Of a stretch of 64,000 nucleotides of DNA, positions 11,961 through 29,754 are shown one piece after another. This DNA is from Eledone cirrhosa (Eukaryota): the NCBI GenBank assembly GCA_964016885.1, contig OZ024740.1, positions 223,820,001-223,884,000 on the forward strand, written 5' to 3'. A program made the position numbers and the translations under genes. Under the pieces are notes generated by a model, which was not told the DNA's origin, searched no databases, and saw nothing but the letters and a program-made list of their open reading frames with translations. Positions within the stretch are counted from its first letter, which is position 1, and every line of letters starts with the position of its first letter.

Positions 11961-13636
11961 ATTAAATCTATCCCTAAAAATATATCCATAAGGATCTCCC
12001 GACTGTCGTCTAATTTGCAGACCTTCAACGATCAAGCTGAATATTATAATGATGCACTTAGAACAGCTGGTTACTGCGAGAAAATAGAATATCTAGACGA
12101 TAACTACATAAGTACTATGAATAAAACACATCTAAGTCGAACTCGTATTGCACCACACACACACATCAATAGGCATACTAATAGGTGCAAACCAGCAAAT
12201 AGAGTCAGACGTAGAGAGTACATATGGTATAACCCCGTGTACAATATTTCTATTAACACTAAGATTATCTCACAATCCTATACACTAATCAATAAACACT
12301 TTACAACTTCACATAAATACTATAAAATCTTCAACTCGCGCACCATTAGACTCTCATACTCCACTGCACCTAACATAGAGTAACTAATTAAAAAACTCAA
12401 CTCAGCAATACTAAATAAGTACATCCCTAATGACTCAGCGCACCAGCATAGCAAAATACAACGCACTAACACGCAACTACAACCCCACCAAACTTTCCAG
12501 GATTCTACTGCAAAACATAAAAATAATTGTAACTGCACCAAACCAGGTATGTGCCCACTGAATAACCTGTGCCTAGCACGCAATATTTTCTACTGATGTA
12601 CAATAAATTCCGGAACCAACAATGGTATTACGTCGGATGTACCGCAACTTCATTCAAAGCTCGCCTATACCAACATCGATCTTCGATCAAGCACGAGAAA
12701 ATGCGCTCCGTAACAACCCTCGCCGATAAAGCCTGGCAGCTCCGGAGGAACAATCAAGCATTCTCCCTTGATTGACAAATTATTGCATCTGCGCCTGCAT
12801 ATAAGCAAAATCATCGATTCTGCAAATTATGCAATTTGGAGATATACTGCATTTTAACGTCGGTAAACAAACTTTTGAACAGCAAAATTGAACGTTCACT
12901 ATACTGTAAACATCGTTTGAAAACGACTTTTTCTTTTTTTAAATGCATATAATGTTACCTTTTTGCACCACCGTTTGCAAATTTCTGTATTATATGTTTA
13001 TGCACAAGATATGGCTTTCTATAATAATAGTACTAAACACTGTTTTCTGGACCCCTTTAGAAATAACCTGCTACTATAATAGCCCCAATAACTTGTCTGT
13101 AACTCTGTACAACTTTGACCCCTTTAACTAAATTTTGTCCGAAGAACACCACTAGAAGAATTTACTTCCCCCGCGAACCATAACACGCCTCATTAAGCTA
13201 ACTGCTGCCAAAACATTCTCTCCTTACAATCTCTACTAGTCTGACAGTCTTAAATCCTAGGACTCCCTCCCCCTTACTCACTTCCCTCTTCCCCTTCTCT
13301 TCCTACCTCCTCCTTTCTCTTTTATCTACTGTATAAAATATTTTCATATCATTCCAAGTCAAAGGTCTGACGACATGGTGTGTTTGCTTGCAGTGTACCT
13401 TCGGTTTATGATAATATTTTTATATTATTCAAAAAGCGATGTATAGGTAACCCATACACTATAGAAAAAATTGTTACCTAATAAATTCTTTATACCCGCA
13501 TTTCCGTTTCATAAACTTCTCCATATTTTCCCCGGATTTTAAAACACATTTTATTATACGTTGAGCAATCTCCGACGTCGGTTGACTCCATCCAATGAAA
13601 CTACTTAGTAACATTGGAATACAAATTTACTAATTC
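11961..13636 (+). mobile_element. 5'-truncated Penelope-like element 2 (thumb, Cys linker, GIY-YIG, 3' HHR)
   Basis: [38 protein letters not shown]...LSYS..PN, NCNC..CPLNNLC, YYVGCTATSFKARLYQH, CKLCNLE, YCKH; stops and frameshifts; flanked by (TA)n. Confidence 0.9.
13363..13479 (+). ncRNA. Type I hammerhead ribozyme with very long stem II (slightly decayed)
   Basis: Stem I AGGT/ACCT, CTGACGA 13367-13373, stem II ATGGTGTGT/ATACACTAT enclosing a ~70-nt hairpin, GAAA 13464-13467, stem III AAATTG (CAATTG in the related HHR at 51.3 kb), followed by AATAAA. Confidence 0.65.
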
Positions 13637-15616
<1,980 letters not shown>

Positions 15617-16646
15617 TAACTTTGAATAACTTTGAAATGTTTTGGCCAGTATTGGCCCAGGCCATGTCTAACTTAATAGCACCACCTGGCGAAGTCTTTC
15701 AATTCAGGATTTGGGCACCATGGCCCATTCGAGAAGAGAATTACTGTTTGCGGAGACATATCCGGGTGTGGGTGGTTTGTCCGGGATTACTTGGAGGAAT
15801 TTGTCCAAAGACTTCTTGAATTTTGTGTGGTCAGTTTCTGTTTTGACGTGTCCTGGTGTGATGTTGAAGAGAGCAGGGCCGATTGAGGTGAAATAATTGT
15901 GCCGTATTGTTGTTATGAGTTGCGATTTAGATTTTTTGAATGGGACGGATAGCACGGAGCCCAAGCCTTGGGTGTATCTTGAAGGCGATGCCAACATCAT
16001 TTGGGCAGTGATGATGGAACATTTTCCACATCATGCAGATAATATAACGCTCACGGCGACGTTGGAGTGAGTAAAGTTTCAGGTTTTCCAATCGACCCCA
16101 GTAGTCAAGGTCTGACATGCCATCTATCTTTTTCGTGATTGCCCCTTTGAGGAGCTTCAAGTTTCATGATACTTTGTTTCGTGTGGGGAGACCACAGTGG
16201 GACAACAGTATTCAAGGTGTGGTCGGGCGAAAGTAGAGAAGAGAAGGATAATGGTGCGGGAATCTCTCGACTGGAAGGTTCTGAGGATCCAGGAACACAT
16301 TCTGCGGGCCATGTCAACTTTGCTGCTTATATGCGTGGTCAGCTTATGTTGCTGTCCACGGTTACTCCCCAAGTCTCTGATGTTGTTAGATGCCACGAGA
16401 GTTTCCCGGAGGGAAGGGAGTACGGGAGTTTCAGAGCATCCTCTTTTCCAAAGTGGATCAGTTCGAATTTGTCTTCGTTCAGTAACATGTTGTTCTTTTC
16501 TGCCCATTGGGTAACAGCCAGTAGGTCTGACTGAAGGCTTATCCGGTCATCCACGCCATTGATGACCTTTTGGAGCTTGGAATCATCAGCGAAAATTTTA
16601 ATGTTGCTGTGTTTGATGATGTCAGTGATGTCATTAATATAGATGA
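15617..16646 (-). mobile_element. 5'-truncated CR1/L2-group LINE (RT C-terminus)
   Basis: [73 protein letters not shown]; 3' tandem TTCAAAGTTA x2; (TA)n on both sides. Confidence 0.88.
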
Positions 16647-16648
16647 TG

Positions 16649-18413
<1,765 letters not shown>

Positions 18414-19526
18414 AAGTACTCAATACTTGAGGTAGTAGAGTGGGTAATAGGAACCAGTAAGACCCCGACAGCTGAGCTCAAGCCGTTTCGACGGCTAATT
18501 CTGGACTAAATGAAAATTTATCCTGGTATTTAAATAGCCGATCTTCTCAAGGGGTAATTCCATATATGGTCAAAGTGATTGTCAAAAATCAGTAGTAATT
18601 CTGTGGTTGCAAATTAGTAGGGGAGATGGTGGCTAAACCTGCCAGTAGGAGAAAGAGGGGAGGGGGTGGAGTAGACCCAATCAAGCGTTGGTAGTGCCAG
18701 CTACAGCTGGGCATGAGGTCAAAGAAGATACAGGGGAGGGGGAGGGGGGAGGAAGTCGGAACGGTAGGTAGAACAATGGGGGGTAGAAATAGGAAAAATA
18801 AAAAAAAAATAAAAAAAAAAAAATAAAAAAATACTGAGAGTGAAGAAAGGCAAATAAGTGTAAAGAAAAGTAAAGTAAATTAAATTCTACGACCTAGGTG
18901 TCAGGCTATTGTTAGGCGAGAATAAAATAAATAAAGAAAGAAAGAAGTAAAAAAATAAATAAATGAATAAATAAGGAAATAAGTAAGAGAACTAGGTGGG
19001 ACGGTTAAGGCAAGGACCCTTTTAAGAGGTATAAGTACGTAAATGATACGGTGACGGGTCAACAAAAGGGGCCAAAATACTAAAGAGACTACCACGAAAT
19101 AAACAATAAAGGTTTCCATCCCGGGCCAGCAACGACCCAGTGCAGCAAAGTGAACTTGTACGAGATAATAATTCTGAGTCCCGAGAAAAATATATACTAA
19201 TGCTAACTCTAAAAGATCTAAAACAAGCTACATGAAAGTTCGTACGAAATAAAGGTAGAATACGGAGAAATAAATTCAGAATCCACCCCGCCCAGAAGAA
19301 GAGCGAAGCAAGAAATACTGAAACGGAAAAATAAGGCATGTGCCACTAAGAAATATAGAGGGCACAGAGAATAGTGGGAGCGGTCGGAAAAAGGGGGAAA
19401 GTATCCGGGGTCTAAGCCAGCTGCTATAAAGGGCGGAGTCCGCCAAATCTATCAAAGACTAGGGGAGGGGGGGGTGGGGGTACTAAGGCTACATGGGGCC
19501 AAAGGGCAGCCTCGGGTGGGCGAGAA
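18414..19526 (-). mobile_element. Non-coding HHR-bearing element end (probable PLE 3' region/pLTR or retrozyme-like), cut by the gap
   Basis: Hammerhead ~50 nt from the (TA)n junction, the same layout as PLE1-3; CpG-rich; no recognisable protein. Confidence 0.6.
18462..18555 (-). ncRNA. Type I hammerhead ribozyme with U3-A8 covariant core
   Basis: Minus strand: ACCCC-TTGAGAA-GA(T)CGGCTA...TAGCCGTC-GAAA-CGGCT/AGCTG-TC-GGGGT; GUC cleavage triplet. Confidence 0.8.
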
Positions 19527-19726
19527 NNNNNNNNNNNNNNNNNNNNNNNNNNNNNNNNNNNNNNNNNNNNNNNNNNNNNNNNNNNNNNNNNNNNNNNNNN
19601 NNNNNNNNNNNNNNNNNNNNNNNNNNNNNNNNNNNNNNNNNNNNNNNNNNNNNNNNNNNNNNNNNNNNNNNNNNNNNNNNNNNNNNNNNNNNNNNNNNNN
19701 NNNNNNNNNNNNNNNNNNNNNNNNNN
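19527..19726. other. Assembly gap (200 N)
   Basis: Run of N. Confidence 1.
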
Positions 19727-20862
19727 TATCTAACCAAAATAGTTACACTATAAAATTGTTTGATAATCTTTCAAATTAAATTTATGGTTTTTCTTTTTAT
19801 CTCACGATGAATCTTAGCTTGATTATCCATGTCCACAAACAGTAAACTACGCCAGTAATTGAACAAACACTATATTTTCCAAGTCATAAATGTAACTAGA
19901 CAGCTGCAAAACATGTTCTATATGGAAATAACTTTGCTGTTTAATTATATTAGAGGAAATAATCTGCTTGATATGACAAAACTGAAAAGGAATGGTATTA
20001 TAATTACATCAGTTTACATAGATAAACAATCAACGAATGATATAGTTACATCAGTTAGGTCTGAATGTATGAAAACCTATGGGATAAAAAAAGTATTCAT
20101 CAATATGCATGCATGGTCCTATAAATGCTGAGAGTTATAGAGGTGCTGCATTAACATATGGCGTTTGTAGGGCATTTTCAAAATCTGGTGAAGTCCACCA
20201 GCCTGAATACAGCAGATTTCTCCAAGAGAAGGATAAAGAGTGAGAACATGGAAGGGAGAAAGAAATATAAAGGACCCAAGTACTACAATATTACTTTTTG
20301 TATCAATCACAAATGGATAAAAGGCAACAATGATCTTGGCGAGAGTTGAACTCAGAGAACAGAAACAACGACTGCAAAACATTCTATCTGCTGTTCAAAC
20401 AACTCAGCTAATTTGCCACCTATATCCATCAGTGATGACAGGGATTGGTGTGATGACATTCATGGCCTTCCCAATTATAACAATAAGTAAAATAGGTTAA
20501 CCAATAAATAAGGAGTCACATTGTTTTTCATACCTTGACATCTGGGTGTAAGAAATCAAGCATTGACAAACTAATGATACTGAAACAAATGTTCCTCTTT
20601 TATCCTGATATTGAGGTAGGTTAAAATACTGACAGTAAGGTGAGGTAAGTTTTTTGTCAATAATCGTTTTAATTTTTACTTTAGATTTTTAAAATACACT
20701 ACCAGATAATAGAAATGCTCATGATAGAGCAACATGTGAAAAGTATTATGAAATAATAACAAACAAATGTTACTCAGGGGCAATATTTGGGTTTGATTTA
20801 TAAATGCAATATTCCACTATATTGAAGAATAACAATGGCATGAACTTAGATTAATTCCTATA

Positions 20863-22629
20863 TAATACTAGAGGGTATCATACCAAGGATTGGTGCAGCA
20901 GCATCATTGTCAACTGCTACAAAGGTAAAGGTGATGCACTAGATAGAGGCAAATATAGAGGTATGAAGCTGATGGACCAGGTCATGAAAGTAACGGAAAG
21001 AATTATAGCACAGTTGATTATGGACCGGGTGAAACTAGATGAGATGCAATTTGGGTTTGTGCCAGGAAAAGGCACCACTGATGCCCTCTTCCTTGTGAGG
21101 CAGTTACAGGAAAAATACCTAGCTAAAAGTTAGCCGCTCTACCTGGCATTCATCGATCTTGACAAAGCCTTTGACAGAGTCCCCCGTGCTATAATCTGGT
21201 GGACTCTTAGAAAACTAGGAGTAGATGAATGGCTTGTGAAAGCTGTAAAAGCTATGTATAGAGGAGCAGTCAGCAAAGTTAGGGTTAGCAATGACTATAC
21301 CGAGGAATTTAGCGTACAGTTCAGTGTCCACCAGGGCTCTGTTCTTAGCCATCTCCTGTTCATCATAGTTTTGCAGGCAATAGCAGAGGAGTTTAAGACT
21401 GGATGCCCATGGGAACTCCTATATTCGGATGATCTCGCACTTATAGCTGAATCTATGGTGGAACTAGAGAAAAAATTCCAAACATGGAAGCAGGGACTAG
21501 AAAGAAAGGGTCTGAAAGTCAACCTGACAAAGACTAAGGTTCTTGTAAGTAGACAAGAAAACAGAACCCCGATCCCCTCACGGAAATGGCCTTGCTCAGT
21601 ATGTAGGAAAGGTGTAGGTAGGAACTCCATCCTCTGTCCCAAATGCAAACAATGTACACAAGCGATGTAGTGGTATCTCAGGAAGCTTAACTAAGAATGT
21701 AGGCTTCATATGTAGCAGCTGCACTGGGACAGCAAGCAGCAAACGGCCACAGGAAACAATCACCACCAAACTCTGGGAGGGCTCTGTAGAAGGTGGGTGT
21801 TCAGAAAGTACAATAACTAGGGAAAGAGCGGGATGGAAAAAGTTCAGGAAGCTACTGCCACTGCTAGCTGCAAAAGGCTTTTCCCTCAAAATGAAAGGCA
21901 GACTGTAATAGTGTGTATACGAACAGCAATGTTACATGGTAGTGAGACCTGGGTGCTGTCTGTAGAAGACTTGCTCAGATTAGAAAGAAAGAAAGCTTGC
22001 ATGCTCCGATGGATGTGTAATATACGCGAACGGCAAAGCATAAATGAACTGAGAGAGAGACTGAGCATAAGAGGAATAAAATCCTGTGTGCAGGAGAGGA
22101 GGTTACGTTGGTATGGACATGTGATGAATATGAAGGATGACAGCTGCATAAAATGGTGCAGAGCACTAGAAGACGATAGAAGCCGCGGAGTGGGGAGACC
22201 CAAGAAGACCTGGGATAAGGTGATAAAAGCCGAGCTTACACAATTGCACCTCTCAAAGGCGATGACACATGACCGTGACCTCTGGTATCACACAGTAATA
22301 CAGAAGACCCGACTTCCCACAGGAACAAGCTGAAGGTGAAGCATATATACAATATGCCCGCATCCCCTCTCACTTCAAAGTGGTCATGGAGGTGCTATTG
22401 CAAAAAAGCACCCAGCCCACACTCTAAATGTGGTTGCTGTTAGAAGGGAATCCAGCTGTAGAGATCAAGCCAGAATCAGTTCCTGTATGAGCAAGAGAAG
22501 GTTAGCCAACTGGACACTGCCCACAACAAGACAACCCGTCAAACCCATGCTAGCGTGGAAGAACGTACGTAAAACGGTGATGATGATGACGATGATGATG
22601 ATGATGATGATGATGATAATGATGATGAT
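20863..22629 (+). mobile_element. 5'-truncated RTE family A copy with 3'UTR and (ATG)n tail
   Basis: ORFs 21236..21670 and 21833..22333 homologous to 7346..9226, PHD remnant WPCSVC..CPKC; tail at ~22578-22629. Confidence 0.93.
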
Positions 22630-23553
22630 ATATGTTCATTGTTATCAAACAAATATTTCATCCCTCAACCTTGAGAGTTGAAACACCCAATGAACATTGG
22701 ACCCTTTCTGATGACATCAACATTTCCTGGCCAATAGTATGTTCACTGAAACTGAATGAATGTCAGCCATATTCTTCAAGATGTAATCATGCCTTCATTG
22801 TTATCAAACAAATATTTCATCAATAAGTAATGTATAATAGATCAGTAATAGTTGAAGTATACATCTCATATCATTTAAGCACTTTTGACTGATCTTGACA
22901 TCAAACATGCTATTTCCTAATTCAACATCTCTATTTTTTAATCGTCTCCATTTAACATCCTTTCTTCTATGCTGGCCTGGATTAGATGGGTCGTCACAGA
23001 TGTTAGAACTTAATTGGAGCTACTGTCCTCCCAGACAGGCTGGGGGCGACATCTAGCTTACGTATGTTCCAGCTTACCTATAGTTTTTACTGCTGTATCC
23101 CCTTGCTAAAAGCAATAACTTTACAGACTATAATGTGTACATTTTATTATGAAACCAGCACCAGAGAATCTGTCAGTCATTGATTTGTCTGAAACAGCCT
23201 TCTCTACTCAAGGCTATATTTTTAATTAATTAGTACAAATAAAATACACTCAAATACTAGATATTTGTATTTTACATTCTCTATTTTAAGATTTTAAAAT
23301 GTAAACAATCCAATCTACTTTATGGAAGGATAGAAAATGTTATTTGAGTCATTCATATCTTTATTAAAGGGATAAGTGTTATAAAATGAATATTCAACTT
23401 ACACATATTCAACTTACACATTTCAAAGGAATGTAGTTTCAGAAGGTCTGAGACTTAGGTCATTTCAGGTATGCAGTCATAAAATCTAAGATATGAGAGG
23501 GTACAATGCTTGATAAATAAAAACAGTTTAATAGCTGTGCACTATCTAAGTAT

Positions 23554-26103
23554 ATCATCATCATCATCATCATCACCGTTTTACGTCCATTCTTCCACGC
23601 TAGCATTGGTTAGAGAGGTTGTCCTGTTGTGGGCTGTGTCCAGTCGGCTGACCATGCCTTGCTCATACGGGAACTGATTCTGGCTTGATTTCTACAGTTG
23701 GATGCACTTCTTAACACCAACCTCATTTACAGTGAGTGCTGGGTGCTTTTTTTCGTGGTGCCTACACGTCCACTTTCCAGTGTAGGCTGGGTGCTTTTTT
23801 GCCGTGGCACCTCCATGACCACTTTGCAGTGGGAGGGTGTGGGGGCATATTGTCTATATGCTTCAGCTTTGCTTGTACCAGTGGGGTGAGGGCTCGGCTC
23901 TTCTGTATTACTGGGTGACGCCACAGGTCACGGTCGTGTGTCATCGCCTTTGAGAGGTGTAATTGGGTAATGTCGGCTTTTATCACCTCATCCCAGGTTT
24001 CTTGGGTCTCCCCACTCCGGGGTTTCCATTGACTTCTAGTGCCCTGCACCTTTTTATGCAGCTGTCATCCTTAATACGCATCACATGTCCATACCAATGC
24101 AACCGCCTCTCCTGCACACAGCATTTGATTGCTCTTATGCTCAGTCCCTCTCTCAATTCGTTTCTGCTTTGCTGTTCGCGTATATTACTATTACACATCC
24201 ATCGGAACATGCAGGCTTCGTTTCTTTCTAATCTACGCAAGTCTTCCACAGACAGCACCCAGGTTTCACTACTATGTAAAATTGCTGTTCGTATACACGC
24301 ATCATACAGTCTGCCTTTCATTTTGAGGGAAAAGCCTTTTGCAGCTACTAGTGGCAGTAGCTCGCTGAACTTCTTCAATCATGTTCCTACCCTAGTTATT
24401 GTACTTTCCAAACACCCACCTCCACTGCTAATTTAGTCTTCTAGGTAGCAGAAGCTGTCTACTGTTTCTACAGAGCCCTCCCAGAGTTTGGTGGTACCTG
24501 TTTCCTGTGGCCGTTTGCTGCTTGCTGTCCCAGCACAGCTGCTACATGTGAAGCCTACATTCTTAGTTAAGCTTCCTGAGATCCCACTACATCGCTTTTG
24601 TACCCATTGTTTGCATTTGGGGCAGAGAATGTAGTTCCTACCTACACCTTTCCTATATACTGAGCAAGGCCATTTTTCTGAAGGGATCTGGGTTCTGTTT
24701 TCTTGTCTACTTACAAGAACCTTAGTCTTTGTCAGATTGACTTTGAGACCCTTTCTTTCTAATCCCTGCTTCCAAGTTTGGAATTTCTTCTCTAGTTCTA
24801 CCGTATATTCAGCTATATGTGCGAGGTCATCTCCATACAGGAGTTCCCATGGGCATCCTGTCTTAAACTCCTCCGCTATTGCCTGCAAAACTATAATGAA
24901 CAGGAGATGGCTAAGAACAGAGCCCTGGTGGATACCGACCTGTATGATAAATTCCTCACTATAATCATTGCTAATCGTAACTTTGCCGACTGTTCCCCTA
25001 TACATGGCTTGTACAGATTTCACAAGCCATTCATCTACTCCTAGTTTTCTAAGAGCTCACCGGATTATAGCACGGGGAACTCTGTCAAAGGCTTTGTCAA
25101 GATCGACGAATGCCAGGTAGAGCGGCTTAGTTTTAGCAAGGTACTTATCCTTTAACTACCTCACAAGGAAGAGGGCATCAGTGGTGCCTTTTCCTGGCAC
25201 AAACCCAAATTGCATCTCAACTAGTGTCACCCGGTCCCTAATCAACTGAGCTATAACTATTTCTGTTACTTTCATGACTTGGTCCATCAGCTTCATACCT
25301 CTATAGTTTCCTCTATCTTGTAGCAGTTGACAATGCTGCACCAATCCTTGGTATGACACCTAGTATTACCTGGTTAACAATACATGTGGTTATGGTGTGA
25401 CTTACCGACCCAGATGCCTTCAGCATCTCAGCAGCTATACCTGATGGACCAGTTGCCTTCCTTGTCTTCAGATCTTTGATTGCCTTACTTACTACGCTGC
25501 TGCTGACTTGTACTGCTGACCCCTCTATAGGGTCTACTTGGGGTAGGGTCTCTTCTTCCCATGCATTCTCCTCATTTAGTAATCTATCATAATGACTCTT
25601 CCATGCATCTTTCTTCTCAGCACCTGTGAGGGCAAGTTCACCTTTATCATTCTGGATACACTTCTCTCCAATGACATAACAATTCTCTCTGACACACTGC
25701 CTCACAATCTTGAACACCTCCTGTTTCTGGTCCTCACGTTGCAAAACATGCTTGAATTGTCTATCCTCCGCTTCCCTCCTAGCTAAGTATACTTGTCGCC
25801 TAGCCACCCTCCTGTTCTTTATGTAATGTACTCTGCTTCCCCCGTTCTTCCATTCTTTCCATGCCTGTCTCTTGGCCTTAACTGCCTCATCTACCTTATC
25901 TTTCCACCACCAAGTCCCTCTCCTCCTGCCTGTGGTCTTACTTCAGCCACAGATCTCATCCGTCGCCTTTAGTAAGTCATTATTTAGGAACTCCCAGTGC
26001 TCTTCTTCATTGAATGTCTCTATCTGTTCTTCTTTACTGTCATAGGCGTCGAGTAAAATATCTTTCAATCTGTTACTGGCTGAGGGGTCTTTGCACTTTT
26101 AAA
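23554..26103 (-). mobile_element. 5'-truncated RTE family A copy with (ATG)n tail
   Basis: Minus ORFs 25313..25807, 25156..25359, 24433..25023, 23983..24378; (ATC)n at 23554-23575. Confidence 0.93.
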
Positions 26104-26869
26104 TTATATACCATTAGTGCTATCTACATGTTAAAAAAAAACAATAAGTTTATTAATGGCCCAAGGTCAAAGTTTATCTCTCTCTATATAAAATTCTTTG
26201 TCAATCTGTCTGTCTTTTCCTTCTGCATTCTCAAACGGCTTGAACAAATCAAATCAAATTTTACAATTAGACCCCGCTATTAACATGTAATTTTTATTTT
26301 CATTTGGGTTAAAAAATATAACATTTTATATAAAATAATCTACTATAGACAACTAAGTAAATAGATATTTTATAACAAAATGATGACAAAGACGTCATGT
26401 TTTGCATATGAGTGTGTATGTGTCTGTGAGTGTGTGTGTTTGTGCGTTTGTTACTTATGTTAAGTTACATATTCAAACATCTTCACGTAAACCCATGCTA
26501 GCGTGGAAGATAGACGTTAAACGATGATGAGGATGATGATGACAGAATTAAACACATACACACACATCTATGTATACACATACATATGTGACAACTGACA
26601 AGTATATGTGTGTGAGTGTGTGTGTGAGTGTGTGTGAGAGTGTATGTGTGTGTGAGTCTACATACATTTCTGTGATGACTGGCATAACGAAACGCTGGGG
26701 GTGAAACTCTATGTGTGTGTTTGTATGAATGTATGTCTGTGTGTGTTTTTTATAAATGTAAGTTTGTGTGAGTGTATGTGTTTCTGTTCGTTTATATTTA
26801 TATTCTCATACATAGAAGCCAGAGGCTTCAGTTTCCAGTCAAACTAAGTTTTATTAATTCAATTAATTA

Positions 26870-27061
26870 AAGGGCGGCGAATTGGCAGTATCGGTAGAGG
26901 GTCGGACGCCATGCTTTCTAGCATAGTTATGTCCCTTTATGGTCTGAGTTGAAATCCTGTCGAGGTTAACTTTGCCTTTCATCCTTATGGGGTCGATAAA
27001 ATAAAGTACCAGTAATGTACTGGGTAATTGCTGGCCTTGTGCCAAAAGTAGAAACAATTAT
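26870..27061 (+). mobile_element. tRNA-derived SINE (~190 bp)
   Basis: A-box-like TGGCAGTATCGG, B-box-like GAGTTGAAATCC, body TTTGCCTTTCATCCTTATGGGGTCGATAAAATAAAGTACCAG, ATT-rich end; several copies in the window. Confidence 0.85.
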
Positions 27062-29059
27062 TTCATTAACAAATCCCAGGGTCAATCCTTCAAGCTAGTT
27101 GGAATTGATCTCTCTACTACATGTTTCTACTACTGTTTGCTCACGAGGTGGAAGCAACAACAATTTAATCATTTGCACACTAACAAAAAATTACACAATG
27201 AATATTGTTTACCCTGAGGTGCTTCAAGATTGAGAGACTTTTATTTCTTAATTCTATTATCATTACAATTTTGATATTTTTTTAATAAAATATAGATATT
27301 TTGAAATAATTACGGGAATAAAAATATCTTCATATTTGTTGTTTACTAATCTGAATAAGAACAGCAATAACATTGGCAATGCCAAGTGATTCAGCTAGTA
27401 TAATATAAAGTAGTGTCCCAATTTTCTTGACTAAAGTGTCTTGTGAATATTGAGTATTATTTTCGTTGTTATTGCTAATATTTCTTGCACTGATCTATCT
27501 TGTGTCATTTCAAAACGAAACATATTTTCTATAATATGTAGATGCTTGGTATATTTGTTCCTATTCACTTAAGTTCTCCTCAAAATTGTTTGTCTCTGCT
27601 CGTTCCCATTATCAAATATATCTTCTGTTTTTATTTTCATTTCAACGGATTGTACTTCAAACTATCAAAAGATTCATTATTTTACCATTGATATATTTGA
27701 CATAACCTCTTGTTTTTGCATATTTAATAAAGGCCTATATAGAAATATGAATGCTTAACTGTGTATTCATAGTGTAAGATGTTCATAAATATTTACTGAA
27801 ACAACTTAGCTCAATGAACAAATCTTGAAGCTAATTACATGATATTAAGATAATTTATTTGAATGTTGTCAGTTGCTAATTAGCATAATCAAACGAATCC
27901 ACTTCTTGGGGTTGAAAAGATCGTTACAGTATCTAATACAAATATTATTTCAGTCTAATATACTTTGGTTTAGTAGATATTGTTGGAGATAAAGTTTTTA
28001 AATAAAAAAATCTAAATCAATTTTTTTTTTCTATTATAAACTTTTTTACAGTTGAAACCAAACATGATCTCTATATTATTGCAAATTTGATATTGAAACT
28101 AAAACAGAAAATATATAAAGTAATATAATGTAAGTCAAGCAAAAGATGAAAATATGTAACATATATGTTTGTAGACATATTAATTAATATAAAAAAATAC
28201 AGCGCATTGGCTAAAATAAAAATGATGAGAATGAGTACTGCCAAAATAATATGAAATCTATAATAAGAGCAGTCTCTGTCCGTCTGTCACACAAATAGGG
28301 ACAATGTAATCATAATGTTATTTTTGTTGCCTCCATTGAAAACAGATGGGAGTGTTGTATCAATGGGATGTCATCATCAGCACTTTACATTCACTTTTCC
28401 ATGCAAGCATGGGTTGGATGGGTTGTCATGGTCTGAAATGTGATGGCACATACCAACCGATCTTGCTTGTTACATTTGATATTCAAAATGGTTTCTATGG
28501 CTGGATGCTCTTCCTTCCTCATGCCAACCACTGTTATCTCTGGTCTCTCATCACATTAACATTTAATTTCACAGTGCTGTTAGTGGTAGACAGGTCTTTT
28601 GTATTAAGGCCAGTCATTGCCAGTCATCTTCATCAGGTTCAGTTTATATGCACAAATACTCTTTTATTAACAGTTTGTTGAAGAAACATATGATGAATAC
28701 CATATAAAACAATGTATGATCTACTAGTATAAAATATAACCTTTAGTTGATAATTGAAATACTTCAAATTCTAGAAAATATTTTTAATGTTTTGATGATG
28801 CTTATCTATTTGGATTTCTTGTATTTTGTGTTTGTATTATTATTCTACTTGTTGTCTAGTCCTCAATTATTCATATCTAAGTTGATCTACTATCAAAGAT
28901 ATTCTAACTTTGACCGCTCTAGGATTTTATAAGGGTTTTACAGGAACTACTTTACAAGGGCTGGCTGAAAGATTAATAGGCTGACCAAGATACTCTCAAG
29001 GAATGAGCAAATTAAGTTTATTTTTCAACATAGTCCCTGGATAGAACAATACAGTTTGA

Positions 29060-29751
29060 TGCTCAGTACTGCAAAAACTGAAACACTTGGCCTCTCAAAG
29101 AATCCTACGCAATGCACTCTACATGTCAATGGAGTTTCACTGAAGCAGGGGTAGAAGTTCAAGTAACTCGGGGCCATGTTCATGAGAGATGGAATAATTG
29201 CAAGAGTTGGAGCCATAATGTGCAAGCTTCAGTATTCGGCAATCAGAAGAAGGAAGTAGGTGCAAAAGCCAAACTCATTATTATCTTCATTTCGGTATTC
29301 CTGCAACCCTTACATGCGGTCATGAATCTTCAGTAATGACCATAAGAATACCATCTCGAATATAAGTGGCCAAAATGGGGTTCCTCCAAAGGGTCTTTGC
29401 AGTAATGTTACTCGATAGTGTGTAGCTTAGAGAGCAGAGTGTCACTCCAGGTAGCACCGATACTTCTCTGAATTAGAGATCACAGCTCCGATACTATGGA
29501 CATGTGGTTAGAATGTCTCAGTAAAGAATTGCTGCACAGATGTTACATGCAAAACCAACTGGCAGGATAAACAGATGTAGACCCTGAGGAAGATGGTTGC
29601 ATATCATCCACGAGTTTGGCTGGTCTCACTTGAGGATCCAGCTAGATCAATTGGAGATGGTTGCTTCAGACAGGACCTGCTGGAAGGAGTTTTTGAAGAC
29701 CCCACTTAGACCCATGCCCCTCTCAGGAGTAAGTGAGCGAAGAAGAAGAAG
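29060..29751 (+). mobile_element. Decayed RTE family C 3' fragment with (GAA)n tail
   Basis: Remnants RSQLRYYGHVVRM, KPTGR..RWL; colinear with 1921-2545. Confidence 0.8.
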
Positions 29752-29754
29752 TAT

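Noticed and set aside
19727-20400. Short ORFs after the gap as possible host exons
   Set aside because: No recognisable domain or clear splice structure
26870-27061. tRNA gene
   Set aside because: A/B boxes are present but no cloverleaf; multi-copy with shared body and tail, so a SINE
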